Sequence record: LC597490.1
Reading direction: 5' to 3' (one strand)
Length of the DNA: 64,000 nucleotides
Within the stretch, counting starts at the first letter, position 1. Each line of letters begins with the position of its first letter. The translations under genes were made by a program, and so were the position numbers. Positions 56,301-64,000 of the stretch are shown in pieces. Under the pieces are notes generated by a model, which made no database searches, was not told the DNA's origin, and saw nothing but the letters and a program-made list of their open reading frames with translations.

Positions 56301-59300
56301 ATTAATAGAACCACTTTCCAATTTAAATGTTGCTTCAAGATAAATGTATTCATAGAATGGTTTGTCCCATGAATCTTGGCTAAAATATCCAGCGCTTCCT
56401 GCTGCTGTTGTAAATTTAACGGAGTTACCATTACCATTTGGAGATGCTACTTTTACAGGAGAAGCACCAACTAAACCGTAGTAACTATTTGGTAAAGCTG
56501 CTTTCCAATCTGCGAAGTTGTAGTTTTTATGGAAGAAACTAGATTCATTCGAGGAGATAACGTTTGTGTAGTCTTTAGCATTTTGTTCAGCTGTAGCAAT
56601 TTGATTGTCTACATCACCAATAGATGGCTTCCATGCTGTTGCTTTATCACCTTTTTCAAACTGCATACCAGTTATATATAAAATACCAGCTGTAGCAGTT
56701 TTAGATGCACCGAAATACAGACGAGCATATTGAGTTTTAAACTCTACAGTAATAGAACATCTATGCCATTTCTTATCATTATAGAAACTTGAATCCATCT
56801 GTCTGATGTCATAAGTTAAACTTGTATTACCATCACGCATACCAAGAGACAGGTTCGATGATTCTGACTTCATATATGCAGAGATTGTATATCTTCCTGG
56901 TTCAACTACTAAATCAATATACGCCCAACAATCTGTGTCTGCTTTTGTTTCTATTCGAATTGCTTTAGAGAAACCATTTAAGTCCGTAATGTTTTGGATT
57001 GCATTGTTTCCGTTCATAGTGAGGAATGGAGCCAGTGAACCTGAAGCTAAATTAGAGTTATCTAAATAGTTCAATGTTCCTACTTCCATATCATCCATGT
57101 AAGCATAGTAGTCTTCTGGAGCTGGTGCCCAAGCCGTTGCCTTATTACCGACTTCCACTTTTAGATTGTTTACACGAATCCATGCATATCCATTTGAACC
57201 AGTTAAGTCTCTACCTGTTCTACCAGCGATCAGTAAGCAAGCTTTCTTGTCATCACGATTTGGAATAAATGAGTAGTTAATTTGGTAGTAGTTTGTAGCA
57301 GAACCATTTGCAATTGGAGTTGCCACGGGGAAGTCTGTCGTTCTTACTGTAGGAAGACCTTGGTTATTTCCACCATCACTATACATGAGATACAAGTAAT
57401 CAAGAGTATTGTTTAATTCACTTGTAGCTACATTCATAGATACTGTATACTCTACGCCTTTCTTGACTTCAAATGTTCTACCATATCCAACCATACCAAC
57501 AGCTGAGTTTGCTGGAAGAACCTGCTGCTTCCCATCAATAATACTTTCCATCTTTAAGAAGTTAAAGTTGTTCCATGCATCCCAGACAACAGAAACTGCT
57601 GTAGGTTGCCCACTCCATTTCTCCCATCCTTTAACTGTAGTGAACATTGTTCCAGTAACCATATTACGGACACCGATATTTACTTTGCCAATCTCATTTT
57701 TAACATAGTTTCCATCAACCTTGTTATTGATTGTATTAGCAGTCGTAGTATCAAATGCTGAGAATGTTACCTTACCTTGAAGGTCAATGTTTTCAAAACG
57801 AATCTTCGCATCAGATGGAGTTAAGTTAATTTGTCCAATGATCGCTCGACCATCAACAACCTTCTTATCTCCCTCTTGTTTTAGGATAACGTTAATACCA
57901 TTAGCTGTTTGTTCAACAGATGTCATTCTACCTTCCATTAACTTCTTGTCAGCATTATAAGTATTACTTTCTACCTTAGAAGAAATCTTTCCATCCATAA
58001 CAGTAAAGTTGGTATTCACTGTGTTTACATAACGACCCGTATTTACAGGGATGATAAAACCTTTATCTGTTTCTGCATACGTTCCAGATTTCGCACTATC
58101 AAATAGTGGAGTCCAATTTCGCCCATCTACAGATACTTCTGTTTTGGTCTCTTTATAAATACGTCCATCAGTGTAGTAACGCCAAACTTGAATAAAGTCT
58201 AAGTCATCATAGATTCTTGTTAAATCTATTTGTACGAATCTAGCATTAGTACCAGAAGAAGCAACTTCACCATAGTTTCCAGAAGTTAAATTATCATTCG
58301 TAATGTTAGATAAAGGATTGTTCGGGTTTACCACACCATTCGTAACAACATTCATTCTTGATGCTACGTTTGTTCCATTACGCATAGCTTTAATTTGAAC
58401 CCAATGGTTTACATCATTCTTGTCACTACCTCTAGACCAGTCACGAATATAACGTACCTTTACAATGTCACTTCTATTCGAAGCCATGATTGCTTCTTGC
58501 TCTTGTTCTTCTGGAGATAGTGAGAATGATGTTGCTTTGTTTCCGTCTTCCCATTTAACATTTCGAATCCAACCAGAACCTTCTGGATTATCGTAGACAT
58601 TTGCTCCGTAGAAATAGAAGTTAATAGGCTTAGTTATATCGAACTTATCATCTACAACGAATGTAGTAGAAACCTTTTCCCACTTATTGATTGTAGATGC
58701 TGCATAATTCCAGAGGTATTGACGGAACTGAGCTGTTGTTGTACCAGTAGGAGTATGATGGAATCCTGCACTCAATTTGTAATTCACATTGTCAGTCATC
58801 ATTTCAAAACTGATTGTATATTCCCTACCAGCTTCGAACTTAATTTGAGTAAGTCTTTCAGGGGAAATGTATTGAGAAAACCCTAACCATCTATTCTTCA
58901 TCCCGAACTGCGTATTCAAGTTGTTAAATTCAAGAACAGGATATCCGAACTTAGAGGTATTCAAGTGAGCGTGATAACCAACAGTAGGGTTCGTTGTTCC
59001 AGCATTGTATCCATTTGACCAAGGTTGGTTCGGTGCTAATAGACCATTTAGTTTTTCATCCCAAGCCAATGTTCCAGGTAACATTTCATTGTAATAGCGG
59101 AAGTCTCCATTGAAGAAGTAGTTACGAGTTGCACCTACATTAATACCATCAACAGAATCTTTAATAGATTCAGCAATATCTTCTTTTGAGATTCTGTGTT
59201 CAGAAGCTTTTGTTCCTTGTTCGAACATAGGGAGTGCAATATAAGCAACACCATTTTTCCATACTCGACAACATACACGAACTTTCGTTGTTGCATCAGG

Positions 59301-60218
59301 GATAACACCAGTCGCACTGATTCTTACCCATTTATTATTAGGTGTATTATCTTTGTCTAAAGATGTTGAGAATGTAGCTGTTCTCGTATTATCATCTCTT
59401 TCACAAATAATCTCCATAGCTAGTCCGCCATCTAAACCTGCTACGTTCGGACTCATTACATAGAAAGAAGCAGTATGAGCTTTCCCAGCCATGAATGGCA
59501 TATTTGTTTGCTCAAGACCTCGATAAACGTTCCCTGTATTTCCACTTTGATTTGATTTCAATGTAGGATAGCCACGGAATGTTTCTTCTGTCACAACATC
59601 TACATCTTTAACTTTTGTATAGTATGTCATGCCCTTTCTGAATGTAGAGTCACGGAAAATGTTTTCTCCACCAATTTCAATCTTAGTAGGGTCATAACCA
59701 TTTTCGTATGTTGTACTTGAACCAACAACGATTGCATCAGCTTTTAATAGAAGCTTATTGTTTGATGTATAGAACAAACCTTTGATTCTGTCATCAGTTG
59801 TTAACGCCGTCCAAGTATTCGTTGCATCAACAGGTGGCTTTGTCCCAGTAATAAAGTCATAACCAGGTTTAGAGGTTAATGTGTTCCAAGCAATATTACC
59901 GCCAGTCATATTGATATTACCTGTTACAGCTAAGTTACCTTCAGCATCTACACCAAAGATCGTACTGTTATCAGAAGTCTTTGTTAAGTTAATACCAGCC
60001 GTAGCATTTAATACTAATTTGTTTTTACTGCTTACAACAGTAACGCCATTCGTATCTATCTTTACACCATTGTAGTTCGCACCGATTTGAATAGAAGTTT
60101 TACCTTTATCCCAGTCCGATTTATTGGCATCAATTGTTGTGTTAGATAGTTTACCAAACTCAAGATTCAATACTTCTTGATATTCTTTAAAGTCATTCCA
60201 TAATGTTAATTGAGCCAT
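53313..60218 (-). CDS. giant modular tail fibre/receptor-binding protein (2301 aa), paralog of 45858
   Basis: shared N-terminus and last ~700 aa; CBM-like modules; discoidin/F5-8-like domain (VRYIRDW..GS.KN..NHWVQI); beta-helix. Confidence 0.8.
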   Translation of the reverse strand: MAQLTLWNDFKEYQEVLNLEFGKLSNTTIDANKSDWDKGKTSIQIGANYNGVKIDTNGVTVVSSKNKLVLNATAGINLTKTSDNSTIFGVDAEGNLAVTGNINMTGGNIAWNTLTSKPGYDFITGTKPPVDATNTWTALTTDDRIKGLFYTSNNKLLLKADAIVVGSSTTYENGYDPTKIEIGGENIFRDSTFRKGMTYYTKVKDVDVVTEETFRGYPTLKSNQSGNTGNVYRGLEQTNMPFMAGKAHTASFYVMSPNVAGLDGGLAMEIICERDDNTRTATFSTSLDKDNTPNNKWVRISATGVIPDATTKVRVCCRVWKNGVAYIALPMFEQGTKASEHRISKEDIAESIKDSVDGINVGATRNYFFNGDFRYYNEMLPGTLAWDEKLNGLLAPNQPWSNGYNAGTTNPTVGYHAHLNTSKFGYPVLEFNNLNTQFGMKNRWLGFSQYISPERLTQIKFEAGREYTISFEMMTDNVNYKLSAGFHHTPTGTTTAQFRQYLWNYAASTINKWEKVSTTFVVDDKFDITKPINFYFYGANVYDNPEGSGWIRNVKWEDGNKATSFSLSPEEQEQEAIMASNRSDIVKVRYIRDWSRGSDKNDVNHWVQIKAMRNGTNVASRMNVVTNGVVNPNNPLSNITNDNLTSGNYGEVASSGTNARFVQIDLTRIYDDLDFIQVWRYYTDGRIYKETKTEVSVDGRNWTPLFDSAKSGTYAETDKGFIIPVNTGRYVNTVNTNFTVMDGKISSKVESNTYNADKKLMEGRMTSVEQTANGINVILKQEGDKKVVDGRAIIGQINLTPSDAKIRFENIDLQGKVTFSAFDTTTANTINNKVDGNYVKNEIGKVNIGVRNMVTGTMFTTVKGWEKWSGQPTAVSVVWDAWNNFNFLKMESIIDGKQQVLPANSAVGMVGYGRTFEVKKGVEYTVSMNVATSELNNTLDYLYLMYSDGGNNQGLPTVRTTDFPVATPIANGSATNYYQINYSFIPNRDDKKACLLIAGRTGRDLTGSNGYAWIRVNNLKVEVGNKATAWAPAPEDYYAYMDDMEVGTLNYLDNSNLASGSLAPFLTMNGNNAIQNITDLNGFSKAIRIETKADTDCWAYIDLVVEPGRYTISAYMKSESSNLSLGMRDGNTSLTYDIRQMDSSFYNDKKWHRCSITVEFKTQYARLYFGASKTATAGILYITGMQFEKGDKATAWKPSIGDVDNQIATAEQNAKDYTNVISSNESSFFHKNYNFADWKAALPNSYYGLVGASPVKVASPNGNGNSVKFTTAAGSAGYFSQDSWDKPFYEYIYLEATFKLESGSINPAGLLFRYWRGDKKSIYYDVVFKFKDVIPSPVLNKWYTVSKVFKVPYNADFGGYGIYPMASWSTIDSTQPANVMYFDSVITRAATSEEIKAYDSKVLLDANATTWSNASTLVDSWKGAAQNGKTTINGGLIQTNTILADKIAIGDFTNLSAINEDRDNLPYTVVTVGTKRYIKIGQAAYANATFSEANTMEFKVKDQYYLAFYGYKETSMNINFIVRYHYTDGTWSNAGIVGMPITTTYGLVETKLTITAEPTDGKTVKRVQFFAEKDSSTTGYYYLRQIELRKMYSGSLLVNGTITAENLAVNSVNATHIQTNAVNATHIQSGSITTNELSVLAKDLVNNFSNTNSVEGYSIGSGGTISMVADPKGQYGKVLKMTTGSDLQITSTLFEVNSSKTYRIKVSALMPTPTATTRLYFGVMAYNANKTVIGMKQFDYASGIFDSDYLITNPYFYIGNTGLKYDTWRDMEALVLPTTISSSEQVGRGLNTNTALIMHPDTRYLAIRFFHHYSKTSVDSYYAHPSVTATDSGMFTFDQAVGGTLRLGTDTGNGFLQVVKKGTQGQQETVGQIDETGAYFPKIQADQFIGNVIGMEMEGRDVYFDSVNGNDNNPGTKASPKRNIQSYLDGLGKYLSERIGIWLQNGQIDAPLVIKGFFGPGTMTIGGADSVKRNAYGNFVVYGVTCNLYLQHWIFQGKDNFTAPGTDACVYVWASTNVDVYNCKIYANKKVDMGISVVRGGFVRVTYTEIYDVKNRALSVIYNSGAWVGWGCKGGRNPVAILTSDYAWVQGDYNVDNGSLATRWDGSIARWGFTYIGGYNRDGVNWRSDVWTIDYGEATPPPPPPPSEYVREWSSLGGQNWSANGYWDDEIYVKQGTWGYGNRTGTWWFSSDLANTLRGKTILDAQLYITRYSKGGNSGAREARIVAHQYADNRPPNNPLVSGEYVSDWFSWGEGKWVNVTSFVQNKIANGVDRGFGLKFDGSSANYMAFLPEAKLWVKYK

Positions 60219-60237
60219 TTGAATCCTCCCTCCTTAT

Positions 60238-60981
60238 TTATTTTGGCATTGTCATTTGTATTGGTTCATCAGTAATTACGATATCAGCCCAGTACGTTTG
60301 ACTAGAACCATCCATTGCATTACTCAATACATAATCTTCAGAGATTGTCGGAAGCGGTGTTCCTCGTCTATCTACAACTTCGATCTTAGCTGTAATCTCT
60401 CCACGCTCATTCATGATTGCATTTACATCTCTTGTCTTTTGAATCTGTAAGTTGTATTGGTCATGAGTACGTTCGATTGGAGCGACAGGTAATTCTTTAC
60501 CATTTCTATCACAGAACAAGTAAGCTGTTTCTTCCGTATAGATTTCTCTATTCGCTTGAGATGTGAAATCATCTCCACGAAGGATTAAGCCTACTTCACC
60601 TTTCTTGATAAAATGAATGGCATCAATTTGTTGTCCTAATGCTGTTACTTCTTTCTGCATATCAGCCAACATACCATCGAAGATATGGTCGTAGCTTGCA
60701 GTTATCTTTTCTAATAGAAGAGAGTTGTGGAACAAGTAATTTAAATCCACCTGCATGTTTGCACCAATCTGATTATGGATTTCAGAATCTAATCTATCAG
60801 TCTGCAATAATAGTTTTGATAACGGTTCGTGTTTCTCTGCTACTGTAGCAAGCGCACGTTTAAATTCTTCTTCTGTATAAACCGTATTAAACAAGTCATC
60901 ATAATTCTGAAGTACTCGTTCTACTTCTATACGTTGACTCTTAGGTAGGACTTCAAGATATCCTTTTAAATAAGAATTCAT
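60238..60981 (-). CDS. putative virion protein, N-terminal-type paralog of 39433/41519
   Basis: ATG 60981 with ATGA overlap; LDSEIHNQIGANMQVDLNYLF; ends after AMDGSSQTYWAD. Confidence 0.65.
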   Translation of the reverse strand: MNSYLKGYLEVLPKSQRIEVERVLQNYDDLFNTVYTEEEFKRALATVAEKHEPLSKLLLQTDRLDSEIHNQIGANMQVDLNYLFHNSLLLEKITASYDHIFDGMLADMQKEVTALGQQIDAIHFIKKGEVGLILRGDDFTSQANREIYTEETAYLFCDRNGKELPVAPIERTHDQYNLQIQKTRDVNAIMNERGEITAKIEVVDRRGTPLPTISEDYVLSNAMDGSSQTYWADIVITDEPIQMTMPK

Positions 60982-61328
60982 TTGTTTTCCTCTCTCTCTA
61001 CCGTAGTTGTAATATGGTGAACCCACGGTCCAGGTTCTTCACCAACTGCTCTCATTCTAATGTGATTAGCTTGAGCTGGAATTGTTTCTTCTTGGAGGTA
61101 TACCCATGTGCCATCATTAGCACGGATACGAATACGAGGATTAAAGTTTTCGTTAATCTCTATTCTCTCGTGAATCATTCTTGCGAAGTCAGAAGGTATC
61201 TCACCTTTACTATGAGAACGGATTCGATATTGTATATGAGGCCCAATTGATTTTGGGTCTTTAGTCGTTGTCGCATACTTACCATATTTATATCTTGTGC
61301 CGTATCTGAATCTACCATATTGAGGCAT
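60978..61328 (-). CDS. small basic protein with YG/RY-rich N-terminus
   Basis: MPQYGRFRYGTRYKYGKY; RBS AAGGAG. Confidence 0.65.
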   Translation of the reverse strand: MPQYGRFRYGTRYKYGKYATTTKDPKSIGPHIQYRIRSHSKGEIPSDFARMIHERIEINENFNPRIRIRANDGTWVYLQEETIPAQANHIRMRAVGEEPGPWVHHITTTVEREENK

Positions 61329-61350
61329 ATTCGAAAGCTCCTTTCATATG

Positions 61351-61375
61351 AAAAAAGAGGGCTTTCACCCTCTTT
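61351..61375 (-). terminator. intrinsic terminator
   Basis: AAAGAGGGT-GAAA-GCCCTCTTT then TTT. Confidence 0.85.
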
Positions 61376-61376
61376 G

Positions 61377-61406
61377 AACGTAACCACTTACGGTTGATAT
61401 AGTCAA
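61377..61406 (-). promoter_or_regulatory. TGGT-TACNTT class promoter abutting the terminator
   Basis: TTGACT-N18-TACGTT. Confidence 0.6.
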
Positions 61407-61414
61407 GATAAATC

Positions 61415-64000
61415 CTAGCTCAGGTATCCTACAAAGTACATTGTACCGTTTGGAATGAATGTAGTATTGTGTCCCGTTTCACCTACATTGAATCGTCTCC
61501 AAACTTTGTTGGCATCCATATTTGCAACATACCATTTACGACTTGTTCCATCATACATAATATAACCAGTAGCTCCTCCAGTTGTGAGGTATCCTTTTGT
61601 AACAGTCATTCTTGCACCGTTTACAATTAAATACCCATCTTTTGTTTTATCTGGATTGCCTTGGTCATCATATCCATGGAATAGGAATTTCTCTACGCCA
61701 CTTACGTTTTCTACTGTAGACATAAGTCCTTTTGTAGAAAGACGATTAGCAGTTTCAACAACATAGTTTTTACTGTTTACTTCTGTTGTAACATCTTCGA
61801 ATGTAAGCATATCTACTTGAACAACACCAGATGCATCACCCTCATAGTTTGCAATAAACATTGGACGTACATAAACTGTTCCAGGACGGAAGTTCGGATG
61901 AACATCTCCAGTTCCAGTAATTAACCCAGTAAATGTTTGCCAACCATCTGTTACTTTCAGGTTGACACCATTTGCTGCGAAGTAACGATGATTACCTGCT
62001 CCTCCAGTAATGTTCTTGTAATTACCATCTAGTGTAGCAACACCAGCATACACTTTATTCGATGCGTTTCCATTTGTTACAGTTTGTTTTACACGGAATG
62101 TCATGCGATATGTTTTATTCGTATCAATTGGAATAGCATTCTTAGAGAAGATTGTTTTACTCATACCAGTTACTTGAAGTACACTACCTCCGCTTGCACC
62201 AACACCACTTACTTGTTGGATACCAGGTTGTCCCGCTAATGACACAGGGTTCTCACCTTCAGACACTGGGGAGTACAACATAATGGCTCTTTCGAAGAAT
62301 GGGTCTTGCAGTTCTTTAAATGACAAGTTTGGATTATATCCATCTTCGAAAATGTTGTCTGGTCCAATTTGGATTAATTCTGCTTTAATCTTACCAGTGG
62401 TGATTGTAGTTCCATCAAAGACAGTTACACCAGGTCGTAATACATCTGATGGAATGTTCTTATTAGTAGTTTCCCAAGGTGGACGCCATTGCATATTGAT
62501 TCTTGCTCCGCCAGTACCTTCGAAGTATTCAATAGCAATTGCATTCCATGTACCAGCTTCGAGAGTAACTGTAGCACTTTTATCAGCAGGATCATATGTC
62601 GGTACATCCAATATAACAGTATTATTAAGAGTGATTTTTACACCGTCATCAGCTTGAGCAATGATTGTGTAATTACCTGTTTCTTTCGCAAACAAGTATC
62701 CTTGCCAACGAACAGAGAAATTATCTACAGTAGGAGCTACAATTCCTGGTCCACCTGTTCCCCAGTTAAATGAGATTACAGGGTCAATCTTTTGACCTGC
62801 GTAGTTTTCAAAGTTTCTTCCTCTATAGTAATGACCAGTCAACCCAACCTCACGAGCTGCTATTGTCATATGCTCCGCAGATATGCTTCCAGCTGCAATT
62901 TTATCAGCTGTGATTGCACCAACAGCTATGTCTTCATCCGTATGCAGTTGCCACAATGTAGCTACATTTCCTCTTTGAAGCATTGGACGTGCTACCCAGA
63001 ATCGACCATTCTTAGTTGGATAAAATCTAATTCTCATTTTGGTTGTGTCAGCAGGAGCAGTTCCTTTTAATGTATACCTATTCCAAACGTTGTTCTCTTT
63101 TGGATTTATGTTTGCATACAACTGAGGAAGTCTTTCTTCTCCTTTGTAAAACTCCATTACCATAAATGCAGCATTATCAATCGTTGTAAAATCATCTGTT
63201 GTCGTATATACAGAAGCGATAAATTCTTCACCAGCAGCAGTTGGAACGAATTCAGAATAAGCCGAACGCCATACATTCTCTGCATATCCTGACATATCAA
63301 TCTTTAATGTATTGCTATCATTAAATTTTTTCGTAACATCTACTGACCAGAATTTTTCTTTGTTTTCAATGCCTGTCCAATACTTAGGAGTAAAGAACTT
63401 AAATTCTGTTTCATGAAGCAATTGTTGTGCAGACACATTGATGTTCCCAGCATTTACGATTGCTGCATCTAGATTTAAGATTTTGACTTTCGCCGCATCT
63501 AAGTTACCAGTAGTAATAGAGTCAGCTCGAATTTCAAGCTTCGTACCGTTCTTAATGAACATACCTTTGATGTCGTCATTACCTGTTAATTCTTTATAGG
63601 TATTTGTTGCATCAGTTGGCGGCTTCGTTCCAGTGATCTTAGAGTAGTCAGGACCATTACCAGTAATTTTATCCCATGAGATGCTACCACCTTGCATGTT
63701 AATGTTACCAGTAATCGTTAAGTTACCTGTTGTACTATCTACACCGAAGACTACAGCATTATCAGATGTTCTTAAAATCTCGATACCTTTTGTCGCATTC
63801 AGTGTTGTTTTGTTTTTAGAACTTGTAATCACAACACCATTTGCAGTATCAATCTTCACACCGTTGTAATCTGTAGCAGGTTTAATACTGTTGTCAGCAT
63901 TATCATTAATTGTCTTAGCAGTTGTAGAAAGAAGTTTATCCATACTGTCGTATAGTTCTCTCCATTTTAAATCCCAATCTGCTTTTACAATTGTAAGATT
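61415..64000 (-). CDS. third fibre paralog with PA14 domain; 5' end outside the window
   Basis: frame open to 64000 (NLTIVKADWDLKWRELYDSMDK...); shared DYNGVKID...KPP.DATNT module; PA14 GLTGHYY..IDPVISFNWG..DNFSVRWQG..ADDG. Confidence 0.8.
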   Translation of the reverse strand, partial: NLTIVKADWDLKWRELYDSMDKLLSTTAKTINDNADNSIKPATDYNGVKIDTANGVVITSSKNKTTLNATKGIEILRTSDNAVVFGVDSTTGNLTITGNINMQGGSISWDKITGNGPDYSKITGTKPPTDATNTYKELTGNDDIKGMFIKNGTKLEIRADSITTGNLDAAKVKILNLDAAIVNAGNINVSAQQLLHETEFKFFTPKYWTGIENKEKFWSVDVTKKFNDSNTLKIDMSGYAENVWRSAYSEFVPTAAGEEFIASVYTTTDDFTTIDNAAFMVMEFYKGEERLPQLYANINPKENNVWNRYTLKGTAPADTTKMRIRFYPTKNGRFWVARPMLQRGNVATLWQLHTDEDIAVGAITADKIAAGSISAEHMTIAAREVGLTGHYYRGRNFENYAGQKIDPVISFNWGTGGPGIVAPTVDNFSVRWQGYLFAKETGNYTIIAQADDGVKITLNNTVILDVPTYDPADKSATVTLEAGTWNAIAIEYFEGTGGARINMQWRPPWETTNKNIPSDVLRPGVTVFDGTTITTGKIKAELIQIGPDNIFEDGYNPNLSFKELQDPFFERAIMLYSPVSEGENPVSLAGQPGIQQVSGVGASGGSVLQVTGMSKTIFSKNAIPIDTNKTYRMTFRVKQTVTNGNASNKVYAGVATLDGNYKNITGGAGNHRYFAANGVNLKVTDGWQTFTGLITGTGDVHPNFRPGTVYVRPMFIANYEGDASGVVQVDMLTFEDVTTEVNSKNYVVETANRLSTKGLMSTVENVSGVEKFLFHGYDDQGNPDKTKDGYLIVNGARMTVTKGYLTTGGATGYIMYDGTSRKWYVANMDANKVWRRFNVGETGHNTTFIPNGTMYFVGYLS

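Noticed and set aside
46025-59317. Many 60-140 aa alternative-frame and antisense ORFs inside the fibre genes
   Set aside because: They are shadows of long coding frames, with no RBS or recognisable motifs.
1-64000. tRNA, rRNA, integrase or transposase genes
   Set aside because: No cloverleaf-like intergenic segments or recombinase/transposase motifs were recognised; intergenic gaps are short and mostly explained by promoters and terminators. A tRNAscan run would be needed to be certain.

Overview
This 64 kb AT-rich window is part of a large phage or prophage of a Bacillus-type host, judged from Bacillus-style RBS and promoters, an Amidase_3 endolysin and two holins. 1-13 kb (+): nucleotide kinases (tmk, tdk-like), an Hjc-like resolvase, a SNF2 helicase split by a group I intron (7645-8986) that carries a LAGLIDADG endonuclease, a sigma factor and many small ORFs. 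13-23 kb (mostly -): Cas4-like exonuclease, terminase-like ATPase, Vsr-like nuclease, second sigma factor, RuvC, ClpP-like protein, two tail-tube-like paralogs and a PIN-PhoH protein. 23-35 kb (+): Rad52-like annealing protein, AEP primase, DnaB-like helicase, two degenerate HNH-type proteins, and a compact accessory module (G/S-tailed lipoprotein, glutathionylspermidine-synthase-like ATP-grasp ligase, TerF-type vWA protein, VOC protein). 35-64 kb (-): lysis cassette with an ECF S-component-like gene inside it, a family of paralogous virion proteins, and three giant modular glycan-binding fibre paralogs, the last running off the window. A recurring minus-strand promoter class (TTGAC-N17/18-TACNTT preceded by TGGT) often sits on top of intrinsic terminators. 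All family assignments are from motif recognition by eye; no searches were run. No tRNA, rRNA or CRISPR array was seen.
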